A DNA stretch of 63,653 nucleotides, the filler included, from Octopus bimaculoides (taxonomy: Eukaryota): assembly GCF_001194135.2 (NCBI RefSeq). It is 6 parts of 6 records of this genome, joined end to end, with 100 filler letters (N's around TTAATTAATTAA, not from the genome) between each part and the next. Parts side by side here need not be neighbours in the genome. Positions count along the whole stretch, not along the records: positions 34,274 to 56,359 come from NC_068990.1; positions 56,460 to 58,264 come from NW_026352219.1; positions 58,365 to 59,434 come from NW_026332901.1; positions 59,535 to 63,653 come from NC_068991.1; 2 more parts are not named here. One strand, 5' to 3'. Shown here one piece after another: positions 50,340 to 62,071 of this stretch. The notes below the pieces were generated by a model that searched no databases, had not been told where the DNA came from, and saw nothing but the letters and a program-made list of their open reading frames with translations. Made by a program: the position numbers and the translations under genes. Positions within the stretch are counted from its first letter, which is position 1. Every line of letters starts with the position of its first letter.

Positions 50340-51030
50340 TGAAGGCGGCGAGCGAGCAGAATCGTTAGCAAGCCAAGCGAAATGTTTAGCGGCATTTCGT
50401 TCGTCTTCACGTTCTAAGTTCAAATTCCACCGAGGTCGACTTAGTTTTTCATCATTTTGGGGTCGATAAAATAAGTACCAATTGAGTAATAGGATTGATG
50501 TAATCCACCTATCACGCCCCCCCCCCAAAAAAAAAAATTGCTGGCCTCGTGCCAAAGTTTGAACCTATATTGGAGCGATACAAGGCGGCAATCTGGAGGG
50601 ATTTGTAGCACGCTGGAGAAGATGCTTACCGATATGTTGTCTCTCTTTCGGTTCTGAGTTCAAATTTCGCCGAGGTCGACTTTGCTTTTCACCCGTTTCA
50701 AGGTCGATAAAATAAGTACCAGTTACGTATTGGGGTTGATCAAATCGACTAACTCTTGCCTCAACACTTCAGGCTTTGTACCTTTTGTGCAGAGGATTAT
50801 ATTCAAATTACCATAGAGTTTGAGTACTCTTTTACTCGTTTCAATCATTTGACTGTGGCCATGCTGGAGCACCGCCTTCCAGTTGAGCAAATCGACCCCA
50901 GGGCTTATTCTTTGGAAGCCTAGTACTTATTCTATCGGTCCCTTTTCGCCGAACCGCTAAGTTACGGGGACGTAAACACACCAGCATCGGTTGTCAAGCG
51001 ATGATGGGGGTACAAACACAGACACACAAA

Positions 51031-51090
<60 letters not shown>

Positions 51091-51605
51091 CATATATACG
51101 ACAGGCTTCTTTCAGTTTCCGTCTACCAGATCCACTCACAAGGCTTTGGTTGGCCCGAGGCTATAGTAGAAGACACTTGCCCAAGGTGCCACGCAGTGGG
51201 ACTGAACCCGGAACCATGTGGTTGGTAGGCAAGCTACTTACCACACAGCCACTCTTGCGCATTTATAGTTCACGTTCTGAGGTCAAATTCTGCCGAAGTT
51301 GACATTGCCTTTCATGTTTTCCAAGCTCAATAAAGTAAGTACCAGTTAAACATTGGAGTCGATGTAGTCGACTAACCCTTTCCCCAAAAACTGCTGCCCT
51401 TCTGGCAAAATTTGAAATCGATATTTGTTTCTATTTCAAAAATGTACAGCGCGGTCGTGACTGTGTAATAAGAAGCTTGCTTCCCAGCGACATGGTTCTG
51501 GGTTCAGTCCCACTGCATGGCACCTTGGGCAACTGTCTTCTGTTATAGCGTCGGGCCGACCAAAGTCTTGTAAGTGGATATGGTAGACGGAAACTGAAAG
51601 AAGTA
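50340..51605. mobile_element. Dense SINE cluster: B (+50340-50560, +50580-50800, +51265-51420), A (-50827-51260, +51449-51605)
   Basis: Diagnostic heads and cores of both families read directly. Confidence 0.85.
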
Positions 51606-51789
51606 AAATGTAAAAGGTAAGACTACCTCTCCTTAGATTCTAAACAGTAGACCAAATACCAAGTCACTTCATGACCCACCGAGGGGAAGAGACATGGAAA
51701 TTCACGTTCACCTGCTAAACCTACCCAACAAGTGCTATTCTATATTTTTGGGATGAGGAATTATATAGATTATTTACAAAGGACGGATA

Positions 51790-52105
51790 GGTGTCCTCAT
51801 TTTGTTTGTTGTCATCAGAACGTTTCGGGGCTTGTACTCTCCAGCCTCCATATGCTTACAGCATATAACGTAATAGAAAAGAGCGCAGGCTACTAACCCT
51901 CGAATTCTAAGTTCAGTCGCAGGCAGGGACTTGAAAAATAATATCAACAGAAAAATGATATCAGCAACATACCGTAGGAATGAGAATAGTTTACCCAATT
52001 AGTCAAATAAGGGGTTGGGTTCAAAATTCCACCAGAACACCTGATGAAGGCTTGAGAGTACATCAGCCGAAACGTTGTGATAACAACAAACAAGATGAGG
52101 ACACC
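51790..52105 (+). mobile_element. Family E element: inverted partial tail, tRNA-like head, hammerhead tail
   Basis: Reverse arm 51793-51850; GAGCGCAGGCTACTAACCC..AAGTTCAGTC head; forward hammerhead. Confidence 0.75.
52036..52080 (+). ncRNA. Minimal type I hammerhead ribozyme, intact core
   Basis: AACAC-CTGATGA-A-GGCT(TGAGAGTACATC)AGCC-GAAAC-GTT-GTG; palindromic AACGTT in place of a stem III loop. Confidence 0.7.
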
Positions 52106-52429
52106 TACGACCATTGTACGTAATCTACACAGCAAATACTTATCAAGAGTCCGTGATATCGTAGTGTAGAGGTAGAAACATTGAACCAAAGGAGATAAGA
52201 ACGGCTCTGATCATAGCTCTGCTTGATCAACGTTGAATTGGGGTTTAACAACAACAGCAACAATAACAACAACAATATCAATAACAAGTTGGTACATGAT
52301 AAAGACAATGGCGCAACGATATGAAAGACCGATCGATGATACGGATATTTCGATCAGTTACATCCTTGCCAAAAATTTGCTCAAGCAGATCTAGCCATTC
52401 ATAGTTTGGTCAGTTAAATACAATACTTT

Positions 52430-52795
52430 TTTTTCTTATCTCTTTGCTTGTTTCAGCCATTAGACTGTGGCCATACTGGGGCACCACATTGAAGAATTTT
52501 TAGACGAATAAATCGACCCCCCTGTACTTAAGTTTTGTAAGCCTTGTAATTTTTCTACCAGTATCTAGAGCTGAACTGCTAAGTTACGGTGATGTAGACA
52601 CACCAAAACCGGTTGCTTCTTGGTGGGGGAGGGGACAAACACACACACACAGACACGCACATATTATAGGCTTCTTTCAGTTTCCGCCTACCAAATTCAC
52701 TCACAAGACTGGTCGGCTCGAGGCTGTAGTAGAAGACACTTGCCCAAGGTGCCACGCGAAGGGACTGAACTCCTTACCACACAGTCACACCTACG
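52430..52795 (-). mobile_element. SINE family A
   Basis: Reverse complement of head, CACTTGCCCAAGGTGCC core and tail. Confidence 0.8.
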
Positions 52796-52799
52796 TCTG

Positions 52800-53035
52800 A
52801 TTACATCGTTAGCATGGAGCCCTTCTCCAGTTCAGATTTCGAAGGACTCGTTCGAATATTTGCAACTACCACCAAGATCTGCACCCGCGGTCGGCTTCAC
52901 CCGCGGTCGGCTTCACCCGGACTGCTGCCCGCGGATTCTAAGCACTCCACGGAGCCCTCCTACTCCACCGATAAAAGGAAAGTCGCCTCGGTCGGCAGCC
53001 ACCTAACCTGTCGTCCGTACGGTCACCTGGAGAAT
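52800..53035 (+). mobile_element. GC-rich Penelope-like fragment (RT-to-endonuclease linker)
   Basis: SSDFEGLVRIF..TRG and TDKRKVASVGSHLTCRP resemble that region of Penelope ORFs; 16-bp tandem duplication CACCCGCGGTCGGCTT. Confidence 0.4.
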
Positions 53036-53124
53036 GTTTTATTACTCCTTGCATATCTATGGTATTTTCATGCCATGGAGGAAAACGGTGAAGCCATTAG
53101 ATTTAAAATTCGACTTTGGTTTTT

Positions 53125-53286
53125 GTACATTATTTACATTATTTACATTTGATGGATATTTGTCCTCAACTTGTTTGTTGTTAACACAACTTTTCGGCTG
53201 ATATACCCTCCAGCATTCATCAGGCTGTAGTGGTTTAGAGCGCGGGCTACTAATCCCAAGATTCCGAGTTCGATTCCAGGCAGTGA

Positions 53287-53321
<35 letters not shown>

Positions 53322-53500
53322 TTAATAACAACATCGAAAAATACCTTAGGAATGAGAACCCAGGTTCGAAATTTCCCCACGACACCTAATGAAGGCTGGA
53401 AGGTATATCAGCTGAAATGTTGTGTTAACAACAAACAAGATGAGGACAAATATCCGTCAAATGTAAATAATGTAAATAATGTGCATAATTCGTCATCTCT
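53125..53500 (+). mobile_element. Family E element: inverted tail (53125-53224), tRNA-like head (53223-53290), (AAT)n, hammerhead tail
   Basis: GTAGTGGTTTAGAGC A-box, GAGTTCGATTCC B-box; both hammerhead motifs carry core mutations. Confidence 0.85.
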
Positions 53501-53916
53501 NNNNNNNNNNNNNNNNNNNNNNNNNNNNNNNNNNNNNNNNNNNNNNNNNNNNNNNNNNNNNNNNNNNNNNNNNNNNNNNNNNNNNNNNNNNNNNNNNNNN
53601 NNNNNNNNNNNNNNNNNNNNNNNNNNNNNNNNNNNNNNNNNNNNNNNNNNNNNNNNNNNNNNNNNNNNNNNNNNNNNNNNNNNNNNNNNNNNNNNNNNNN
53701 NNNNNNNNNNNNNNNNNNNNNNNNNNNNNNNNNNNNNNNNNNNNNNNNNNNNNNNNNNNNNNNNNNNNNNNNNNNNNNNNNNNNNNNNNNNNNNNNNNNN
53801 NNNNNNNNNNNNNNNNNNNNNNNNNNNNNNNNNNNNNNNNNNNNNNNNNNNNNNNNNNNNNNNNNNNNNNNNNNNNNNNNNNNNNNNNNNNNNNACGCAC
53901 GCACGCACGCACGCAC

Positions 53917-53953
<37 letters not shown>

Positions 53954-54007
53954 TACATTCGCAAATATTTATATATAAATTTTAATATACATATATATCG
54001 TCTATCT

Positions 54008-54452
54008 TCGACTTTTACTTGTTTCAGTCATTGGACTGCAGCCATGGTAAGGGTACCGCCTTGATGGATTTGGTGAAACGAATCGACCCCAGGACCTATT
54101 TTGTCAGCGTGCTACTTATTCTGTCGGACTCTTTTGCTGAACCACTATGTTACAGAGGCATAAAGGAACTAACACCGGTTGCCAAGCAATGGTGGGGTAT
54201 AAACACATACAAAAATATCACGTATATATTGATATACACGCATATATACAACGAAATTCTTTCAGTTTCTTATTTCTTTACTCCCACAAGGGGCTAAACA
54301 TAGAGGGGACAAACAAGGACAGACAAAGGGATTAAGTCGATTATATCAACCCCAGTGCGTAACTATTACTTATTTAATAGACCCCGAAAGGATGAAAGGG
54401 TAAGTCGACCTCGGCGGAATTTGAACTCAGAACGTAGCGGCAGACGAAATAC
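54008..54452 (-). mobile_element. SINE family A remnant (54008-54268) joined to a family B copy with LINE-like tail (54272-54452)
   Basis: Diagnostic motifs of both families; tail CTATGTTTAGCCCCTTGTGGGAGTAAAGAAAT. Confidence 0.8.
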
Positions 54453-56359
54453 AAATTTCTTTATTGCCCACAGGGGGCCAAACATAGAATGGTACAAAAC
54501 AACTGATTGGGATCAGTAATGCGAATGGTTTACATAAAACATGACTTTAAAAATTATATAAAACAGAAAAATCGAATGATATTAACAGAACGTTAGACAA
54601 CACAAATGAAGCGATGATCAGGCCACGCTCCGACCCCACAAGCCCCGATCTCTCGCTGGCACCTTTTTTTTTTTCCTTTTTCTTTTCTGACTATTCACAC
54701 NNNNNNNNNNNNNNNNNNNNNNNNNNNNNNNNNNNNNNNNNNNNNNNNNNNNNNNNNNNNNNNNNNNNNNNNNNNNNNNNNNNNNNNNNNNNNNNNNNNN
54801 NNNNNNNNNNNNNNNNNNNNNNNNNNNNNNNNNNNNNNNNNNNNNNNNNNNNNNNNNNNNNNNNNNNNNNNNNNNNNNNNNNNNNNNNNNNNNNNNNNNN
54901 NNNNNNNNNNNNNNNNNNNNNNNNNNNNNNNNNNNNNNNNNNNNNNNNNNNNNNNNNNNNNNNNNNNNNNNNNNNNNNNNNNNNNNNNNNNNNNNNNNNN
55001 NNNNNNNNNNNNNNNNNNNNNNNNNNNNNNNNNNNNNNNNNNNNNNNNNNNNNNNNNNNNNNNNNNNNNNNNNNNNNNNNNNNNNNNNNNNNNNNNNNNN
55101 NNNNNNNNNNNNNNNNNNNNNNNNNNNNNNNNNNNNNNNNNNNNNNNNNNNNNNNNNNNNNNNNNNNNNNNNNNNNNNNNNNNNNNNNNNNNNNNNNNNN
55201 NNNNNNNNNNNNNNNNNNNNNNNNNNNNNNNNNNNNNNNNNNNNNNNNNNNNNNNNNNNNNNNNNNNNNNNNNNNNNNNNNNNNNNNNNNNNNNNNNNNN
55301 NNNNNNNNNNNNNNNNNNNNNNNNNNNNNNNNNNNNNNNNNNNNNNNNNNNNNNNNNNNNNNNNNNNNNNNNNNNNNNNNNNNNNNNNNNNNNNNNNNNN
55401 NNNNNNNNNNNNNNNNNNNNNNNNNNNNNNNNNNNNNNNNNNNNNNNNNNNNNNNNNNNNNNNNNNNNNNNNNNNNNNNNNNNNNNNNNNNNNNNNNNNN
55501 NNNNNNNNNNNNNNNNNNNNNNNNNNNNNNNNNNNNNNNNNNNNNNNNNNNNNNNNNNNNNNNNNNNNNNAAGAGGGCCTTACGACACTCTTTATGCCAT
55601 TCACTCGACCTCGGTCTACGAGAACACCAGGCTTCCTGTTCGCAAAAACGTTTGAACTCGGGGAACATTTGTCTGGTCAGCGGAGACCACACCCGTTCAC
55701 TATCCAGGAGAATCCAGAGATCCCTCAATCTCAACGCATGCCTGCGCATCATTAACCAAGGCATCCCTAAACCTCCCTTTAAAGGCTTTTGACAGCAGAC
55801 AGAGCGTTTCACAAGTGGCGACCTGCACTTCCACAAAAAGCGAAAGAGCTGTCTCTCCAACCTGATCAACCACAAATCCGGACATGGCACGACGGTTAGG
55901 CGGTAGGTAATGATCGATGCGATAAACGCATTGGCCACCTCCGCCCTCCCTTTCAGGGATAGCCACCGCCAAGAACAGGTCTTGACTACTGCAGCCACCC
56001 TGCTCAATACCTCTGTCCAGTTCTTCTCTATCTGGAGGCCTGGTCCAAACCAGACTCCCAGCAACTTAACCGGTCCCTCCGTCCAGCGCCCAACAGCGCC
56101 GTCTGAAGGCATCGACTTGCCAACCCAGGTGCCGAGTTGTAAGCCGACCGACTTTTTCCGGTTAATCTTTGCTCCTACCACCTCCTCGTAAACCTCAATA
56201 GTCTTACCCACTTCACGTAGGCGTGCTACTGAGGTTACGCTGATAGTGATATCATCCGCGTAAGCCGTAACAAACTCTTCTAGACCTGGTTCTCTCGGAA
56301 TGCCACTCAACCTCCGCAGTAGTGGCTCGAGAGCTACCACATACAAAAGCGGTGAGTGC
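54453..56359 (-). mobile_element. L1/Tx1-clade LINE (RT fragment, gap, probable 3' UTR)
   Basis: RT ORF 55571-56359; 54453-54700 ends in AATAAAGAAATTT on the minus strand. Linkage across the 870-N gap is inferred. Confidence 0.7.
55571..56359 (-). CDS. Non-LTR reverse transcriptase, partial, uninterrupted ~263 codons
   Basis: SPLLYVVALEPLL, AYADDIT, GAKINRKKS, VKLLGVWF, LSLKGRAEV, KGGLGMP; truncated by gaps at both ends. Confidence 0.95.
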
Positions 56360-56472
56360 NNNNNNNNNNNNNNNNNNNNNNNNNNNNNNNNNNNNNNNNN
56401 NNNTTAATTAATTAANNNNNNNNNNNNNNNNNNNNNNNNNNNNNNNNNNNNNNNNNNNNTGAAGAAGTTATC

Positions 56473-56740
56473 AATGAAAAATATTTCAATACAAATGTAT
56501 TAATTTCCATTTTCGATTGTTCTTCCTAAGGTAAGACAAGTTTTTCATGTTTGTTGCACACACGCATTTTTGCCAGTATATACGCAGTGAAGCTATACAA
56601 TAGCGTCGTATTTATATCGATTGCTATTGTCCAGTAAATATTGGTGCCTTGTTGTACCACTCTTATGAATTTATATATATACCCTTATAGGGCTATTTTT
56701 TGCTGGAAATTAATACATTTGTATTGAAATATTTTTCATT
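56473..56740. mobile_element. MITE with perfect 37-bp TIRs
   Basis: AATGAAAAATATTTCAATACAAATGTATTAATTTCCA at 56473-56509 and its exact reverse complement at 56704-56740. Confidence 0.85.
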
Positions 56741-56760
56741 TATATATATATATACACACA

Positions 56761-57240
56761 CTAGCAGTATAACCCGACATTGTCTACGATAGGTGAAAAT
56801 CAACTAAAAAAGAAAGCCTTACAACGAAAAAACCTTATGATGTAAATATCTTCATAATTCAAAAGACGATGAAATTAATAGGGAAAGTCTGAAGGCTGTT
56901 TTGCGTAACATTATTAAGCATATGTAAATTTCATCCATCTAATTGGCTATAGAAATGCTTGTGCAAAACAACTTTTTGCGCTGCCCTGATTATACATAGC
57001 AGGGTAATCCCTTTTTGCAGGAGCTAGGACGGCAATTTCTGATGAAGCAATTGCTGGCGATCTGTTGCTACACAGTTCTGCAAGAATTCTATAAGATTGG
57101 GCAGCAAATGTTGATGCACCATTTTGCATTATGTTCAAAGTAGCTTCTGGAACATGGTGAATTGCTACAGTCTGTTGCTGTCTTTTTAAACAGGTTGCTT
57201 TCTTTTCCCAGCAAACTCTCTTCTTCGGAGGCATAATCTA
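56761..57240 (-). mobile_element. Possible Helitron-like remnant
   Basis: Minus strand ends CGGGTTATACTGCTAG|T; contains 95-codon ORF starting MPPKKRVC. No Rep/helicase motif seen. Confidence 0.3.
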
Positions 57241-57289
57241 TGTATATATTAAACAGAACAACAAAAAGTTATAATAGATGGCAGGGTAG

Positions 57290-57530
57290 AAGCGATCTTA
57301 CGTTACCAGTTCCAAAGCTGTCACTTAAACCACGTGTGTTTATTTACATCACATCAGCCTTTTCCGTAAAAGGGTTTTAGGGTTAGGTTAAGGAATTCCG
57401 TCCCTAACCCTAACCGTAACCCTAACCCTAACACATCAGCCTTTTCCTTTTTACGGAAAAGGCCGATGTGATGTAAATAAACACACGTAGTTTAAGTGAC
57501 AGCTTTGGAACTGGTAACGTAAGATCACCC
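57290..57530. mobile_element. Palindromic MITE with ~79-bp TIRs and internal telomere-like repeats
   Basis: TIRs 57294-57372 / 57448-57526; centre has TTAGGG-like then CCCTAA-like tracts; AGGGTAG on both flanks. Confidence 0.85.
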
Positions 57531-58995
57531 AGGGTAGGGAGTTTACACATTTCTAATGAAGTTCACTGATTTGCAATGTGTTGTCCTGTCTACATAAGCT
57601 CCATAGTTTGTATATTTACAAAACATTGACGAACATGTAGTAAGGTAAGATCAAGTTATATTGTAGTGAATGCTTGTGTGTGCGTGTGTGCATTTCAGAG
57701 AGCGAGAGAGAAGAGGGAGAGAGGAAGAGAGAGAGAGAGGGGAGAAAGTAATAGAGAACAGGAGCAATGAAGAGAGAGAAAGAGAGGAAGGGAGAATGGA
57801 AGACAGTTATAAAATAGCAATGCGTGCGCGCGTTTATATAAGAAACACACACAAACTAAATCTTATATCTGTAATGCTGATGTGTGTATGTATTTGTGTG
57901 TATGTTGTTGTCACAGATCACATATGTGTGGTTGTGTGTGTTTTTATGTTTCTATATTATGAAAAATATGTAAAAAATACTAAGAGGAGACAAGGACGCT
58001 GAACATGCAGACGGACAATGTAACGGAAACATGAATGAGTCTAGTCACAAATTATCATTGCAACTTCAGCAAAAGGAAGATAAGAGCCCCAGATTCCTTG
58101 GAAGAAAGAACAGTGGTGCTGGCATGTGTAGGAAATGAGAAAGTGAAGCGAGTAAAAGAGATGTGGTCGAAGCAGAGAAATGGCGATAAGCCCCAGATGA
58201 CAAGGTCACGTGGGTAGTTAGAGGTAGAGGGATAGAAGAAAGCTATTAAATGGGAGAGAGGAAGNNNNNNNNNNNNNNNNNNNNNNNNNNNNNNNNNNNN
58301 NNNNNNNNTTAATTAATTAANNNNNNNNNNNNNNNNNNNNNNNNNNNNNNNNNNNNNNNNNNNNATATATACATATGTATTTATTATATGTATATGGATA
58401 AGCATACGTACATTCGTACATACATATATGTGATGTGTATATACTCTGTAAGTACTCACACATATCTATCTTATCGATATATATGTGGGTGTGCGTAACG
58501 CATCCATATCATCATTTTATTGATGCCATTTGAAATATTTCCCAAGCCTTTACATCTAAAGTACGTAAATCAGTCCAACGTCGCCTTTACCTTACCTTTA
58601 TTACATGTATAGTAGTAGAAGTATTAGTAGTATTACTACTAGTAGTAGTAGTAGTAGTAGTAGTAGTGCAGCAGCAGTAGCAGTAGTAATAGTTGTGCAG
58701 CAGCAGCAGCAGTAGTAATAGTAGTAGTAGTAGTAGTATTAGTAGTAGTAGGTGGTGCTGTTGTTGTTGTTATTGTTGCACAATGTAAATAGTAGCGACA
58801 CCGTTCTTGAGGAATGACATATTTTACATGAAGTGTTGCAGTCCCCAAGACCGCAATATGTAAATGTTTACCACACACTTCAGTACTCACTTTATTGAGT
58901 GTTGATTAGAAGCAGCTGACCGGATCTTCATGTGCAAAACATTGGTTTCCATAGACTTTGGCAGAAGCCATTATTTATTGCTGCCGAAACACACG

Positions 58996-59035
<40 letters not shown>

Positions 59036-59148
59036 GACGCACACGCACGCATTCGCACGCACATATATATACACATATACCTTGTGCACATACGCACGTA
59101 CATGCGGGTGTGTATTCATATATATCTATACATGTGTGTGTGTATATG

Positions 59149-59182
<34 letters not shown>

Positions 59183-60734
59183 CGTGCGCGTGTATATATA
59201 TACATATGTGTATATCTTAATATATGTATTAAGATATACACATATATACACATATATATATACACATATATACATACACATATAGATATACACATATAGA
59301 TATACACACACATATATATATATACACATATATACACATGTGCAGATATCAATGCATATATTTGTGAAAGAGGGGTGTGAGAGAGAGAAAGAGAAAGTGT
59401 ATCTGTTGTTATATATACATACGCAATTATATACNNNNNNNNNNNNNNNNNNNNNNNNNNNNNNNNNNNNNNNNNNNNTTAATTAATTAANNNNNNNNNN
59501 NNNNNNNNNNNNNNNNNNNNNNNNNNNNNNNNNNATGAAATAATTCAGGAATTTTTTTTTTTCATTTTATGTTATTCTATTTCATTTTATTTTGTCTTGT
59601 TTATTTATTTATTTGCAACCAAACCTTAAGCCGTGTATCAGCGCGATACACTCTGCCAATATGGATCCGTTGAGATCACCGTCGTAAACCTGCTTATCTG
59701 TTCCTTTTTTTCTTCTTCTTCTTCTGTTCTCTTCTGTGTCAGTATGGGGTGGTTGACTAGGTTATTGTGTAGTGTATACTTGAGTGCATGTGTGTGTGTG
59801 TGTGTGTGCGTGAGTATGTATGTGAGTATTTCCACTGCCTAAGGGAATCCAGCAGTTGTCTTTTGTAATCTATATCATGTCTTAAGATGGCGCATTCTTC
59901 CTTCTTTCGCATTCTCTCTCTCTGTCTCTCTCCGTGTATCTCTCTATTTATCTATCTATTTATATTTCTCTCCCTCTCTTTCTCCCCTTTCTCCACCTCT
60001 CTCATACACATACACACAATTTTTTTTATTTTCTCACCATTTGGTGGTGCTTAGTTGTGTTATATCCGGCGGTTTTCACTTTTCGATCAGACATGGCGAT
60101 GCAGAATTGTTCATTTTTGTATTTTTTTTACCCCTGCAACGAAATACAATATCGATAATACAATAATGTGACTATAAAAGGTGTCGAAATGGAGGAGTTA
60201 GGTTCCGTTGTATATAACATCCCAACTTACATTCCGTTACATAATTGGACGAGGAAGCAATTGACCTCATAACAACCGAAGTGTTATCGGATGAAAACAA
60301 AAGGAACACTTTTTTACTTTATTTTCTTCTTTTACTTTCTGCTTTTTTTTTGCTGTTGTTATTGTTGTTTCTTTCATACTTTAGGAGAGGAAAGCGCAAT
60401 GACCATCACTTTTTTTTTTCTTTTTTTTTGTAGATTATTCAAGACGTTTGGTGATAAGATACAAAGGAGTCATCTGCAGGCCAGAGACTTGATAACTGAA
60501 TGAATGCTTGCAACATAGTTAGTATGGACATGCCAAAGATACCCAAGGGCCAGACAATCGTGTTAAATCAACCGAGAGGTTAATTTTTGGTTTACATACC
60601 GTGTATATGTATACTCTATCCGAACCTCTTCTGCGCAATATTCGTCAACTTGGTTTCAGTCACAGAGCTCAGGTCGACAAAACATTTTGCTGGAAAACAT
60701 TTGTCGAAGTTACTACGCATAGGCGCACCCTTTG

Positions 60735-61097
60735 CTGTATGGTAAGAAGCTTGCTTCCCAATCACATGGTTCCGGGTTCAGTCTTACTTTGTGGCACCTT
60801 CAACACGCCTTGAGAGATTTTTTTCTCCACGGTAACTGCAGTGTATTTTGCCTTTAGCAGTTGAAATATGTGACAAACATATTTCAACTAACCTAAATTC
60901 CGCTCATACCTAAACACTGCTTTGCGCCAATGCTTCGTTAATTAATTTGATCTGGCGATCTATTAGCAAAAGCTAATTAGGTCATTTTATCTAAACTGGA
61001 ACGCAAGGTTTCCACGCTCATACTTGAACCTTTTGTGTTTCTATAATATCATTTACTTTTATTCATTCTCGAACTTGCTGGGCATATAACAACATAT

Positions 61098-61129
<32 letters not shown>

Positions 61130-61385
61130 TGTATGTATGTATGTATGTATGTGTGTGTGTGTGTGTGTGTCCTTGTGTCAGTGTCTGTCCCTCCATTATC
61201 GCTTGACAACCGGTGTTGGTGTGCTTACGTCCCCGTAACTTAGCGGTTCGGCAATTGGACCCCGATAGAATAAGTAATTGGCTTAAGAAAGAAGTTCTGG
61301 GATCGATTTGTTCGACTAAAACCCTTCAAGGCTGTACCCCAGCATGGCCGCAGTCAAATGAGTGAAACAAGTAAAATAAAAGCAA
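60735..61385 (+). mobile_element. SINE family A split into 5' (60735-60805) and 3' (61150-61385) parts
   Basis: GTATGGTAAGAAGCTTGCTTCCC..GGCACC and ACGTCCCCGTAACTTAGCGGTTCGGC..GAAACAAGTAAAA. Confidence 0.7.
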
Positions 61386-62013
61386 AAAAAGAAAGAGAGT
61401 GGACTCGAAACCGGAACTTCACGATTGCAAATCGAAATTCTTAACATCACAGACATGTTAGGGCCCAATGGTCGTGTCCAGTATTTGAATACATCACTGA
61501 GCATAATTGTAGACATAAATTGGCGGAGGAAGCAGATCATACGATGAGCTAGCTCAGCGTCGTTCATGGACTGAACTCAGTGCCGTATGGAGCAAGCAGG
61601 AACAGATGGCAGAAATATGTCTGTTGTAGTTTCGTATTCTGAAATAAGCGTAATAATGATTATTAACGATATGCGAGTGAAGCCAAAATAATTCGCCATT
61701 GCAATATATATGCGTATGTATGCGTATATACGAAGATGTCAATGTGTGTCTGTCTCTGTGTGTGCATGACTGCTGGTATGTGTTCGTCTCTCTATTTCTG
61801 TTCGTGTCCAAATTTCTGTATAAAGAAAAAATAACAAAACAGTGGTATGTCAAAGACTTTGTTTTAACGATTCTATATGAGTATTAATTGATGAAATAAG
61901 GTACCGGGGTTGAGAGGAGCCACTAAAATGTTTGAACAGTATGTCCTAGAATGGCAACAAGCCAGTGAAACCAAAGGACGCCTGGAAGACTATATATATA
62001 TATATATATATAT

Positions 62014-62071
<58 letters not shown>

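Noticed and set aside
53223-53290. tRNA gene with ACT anticodon
   Set aside because: No paired acceptor stem; it is the head of repeat family E, with a degenerate copy near 51880.
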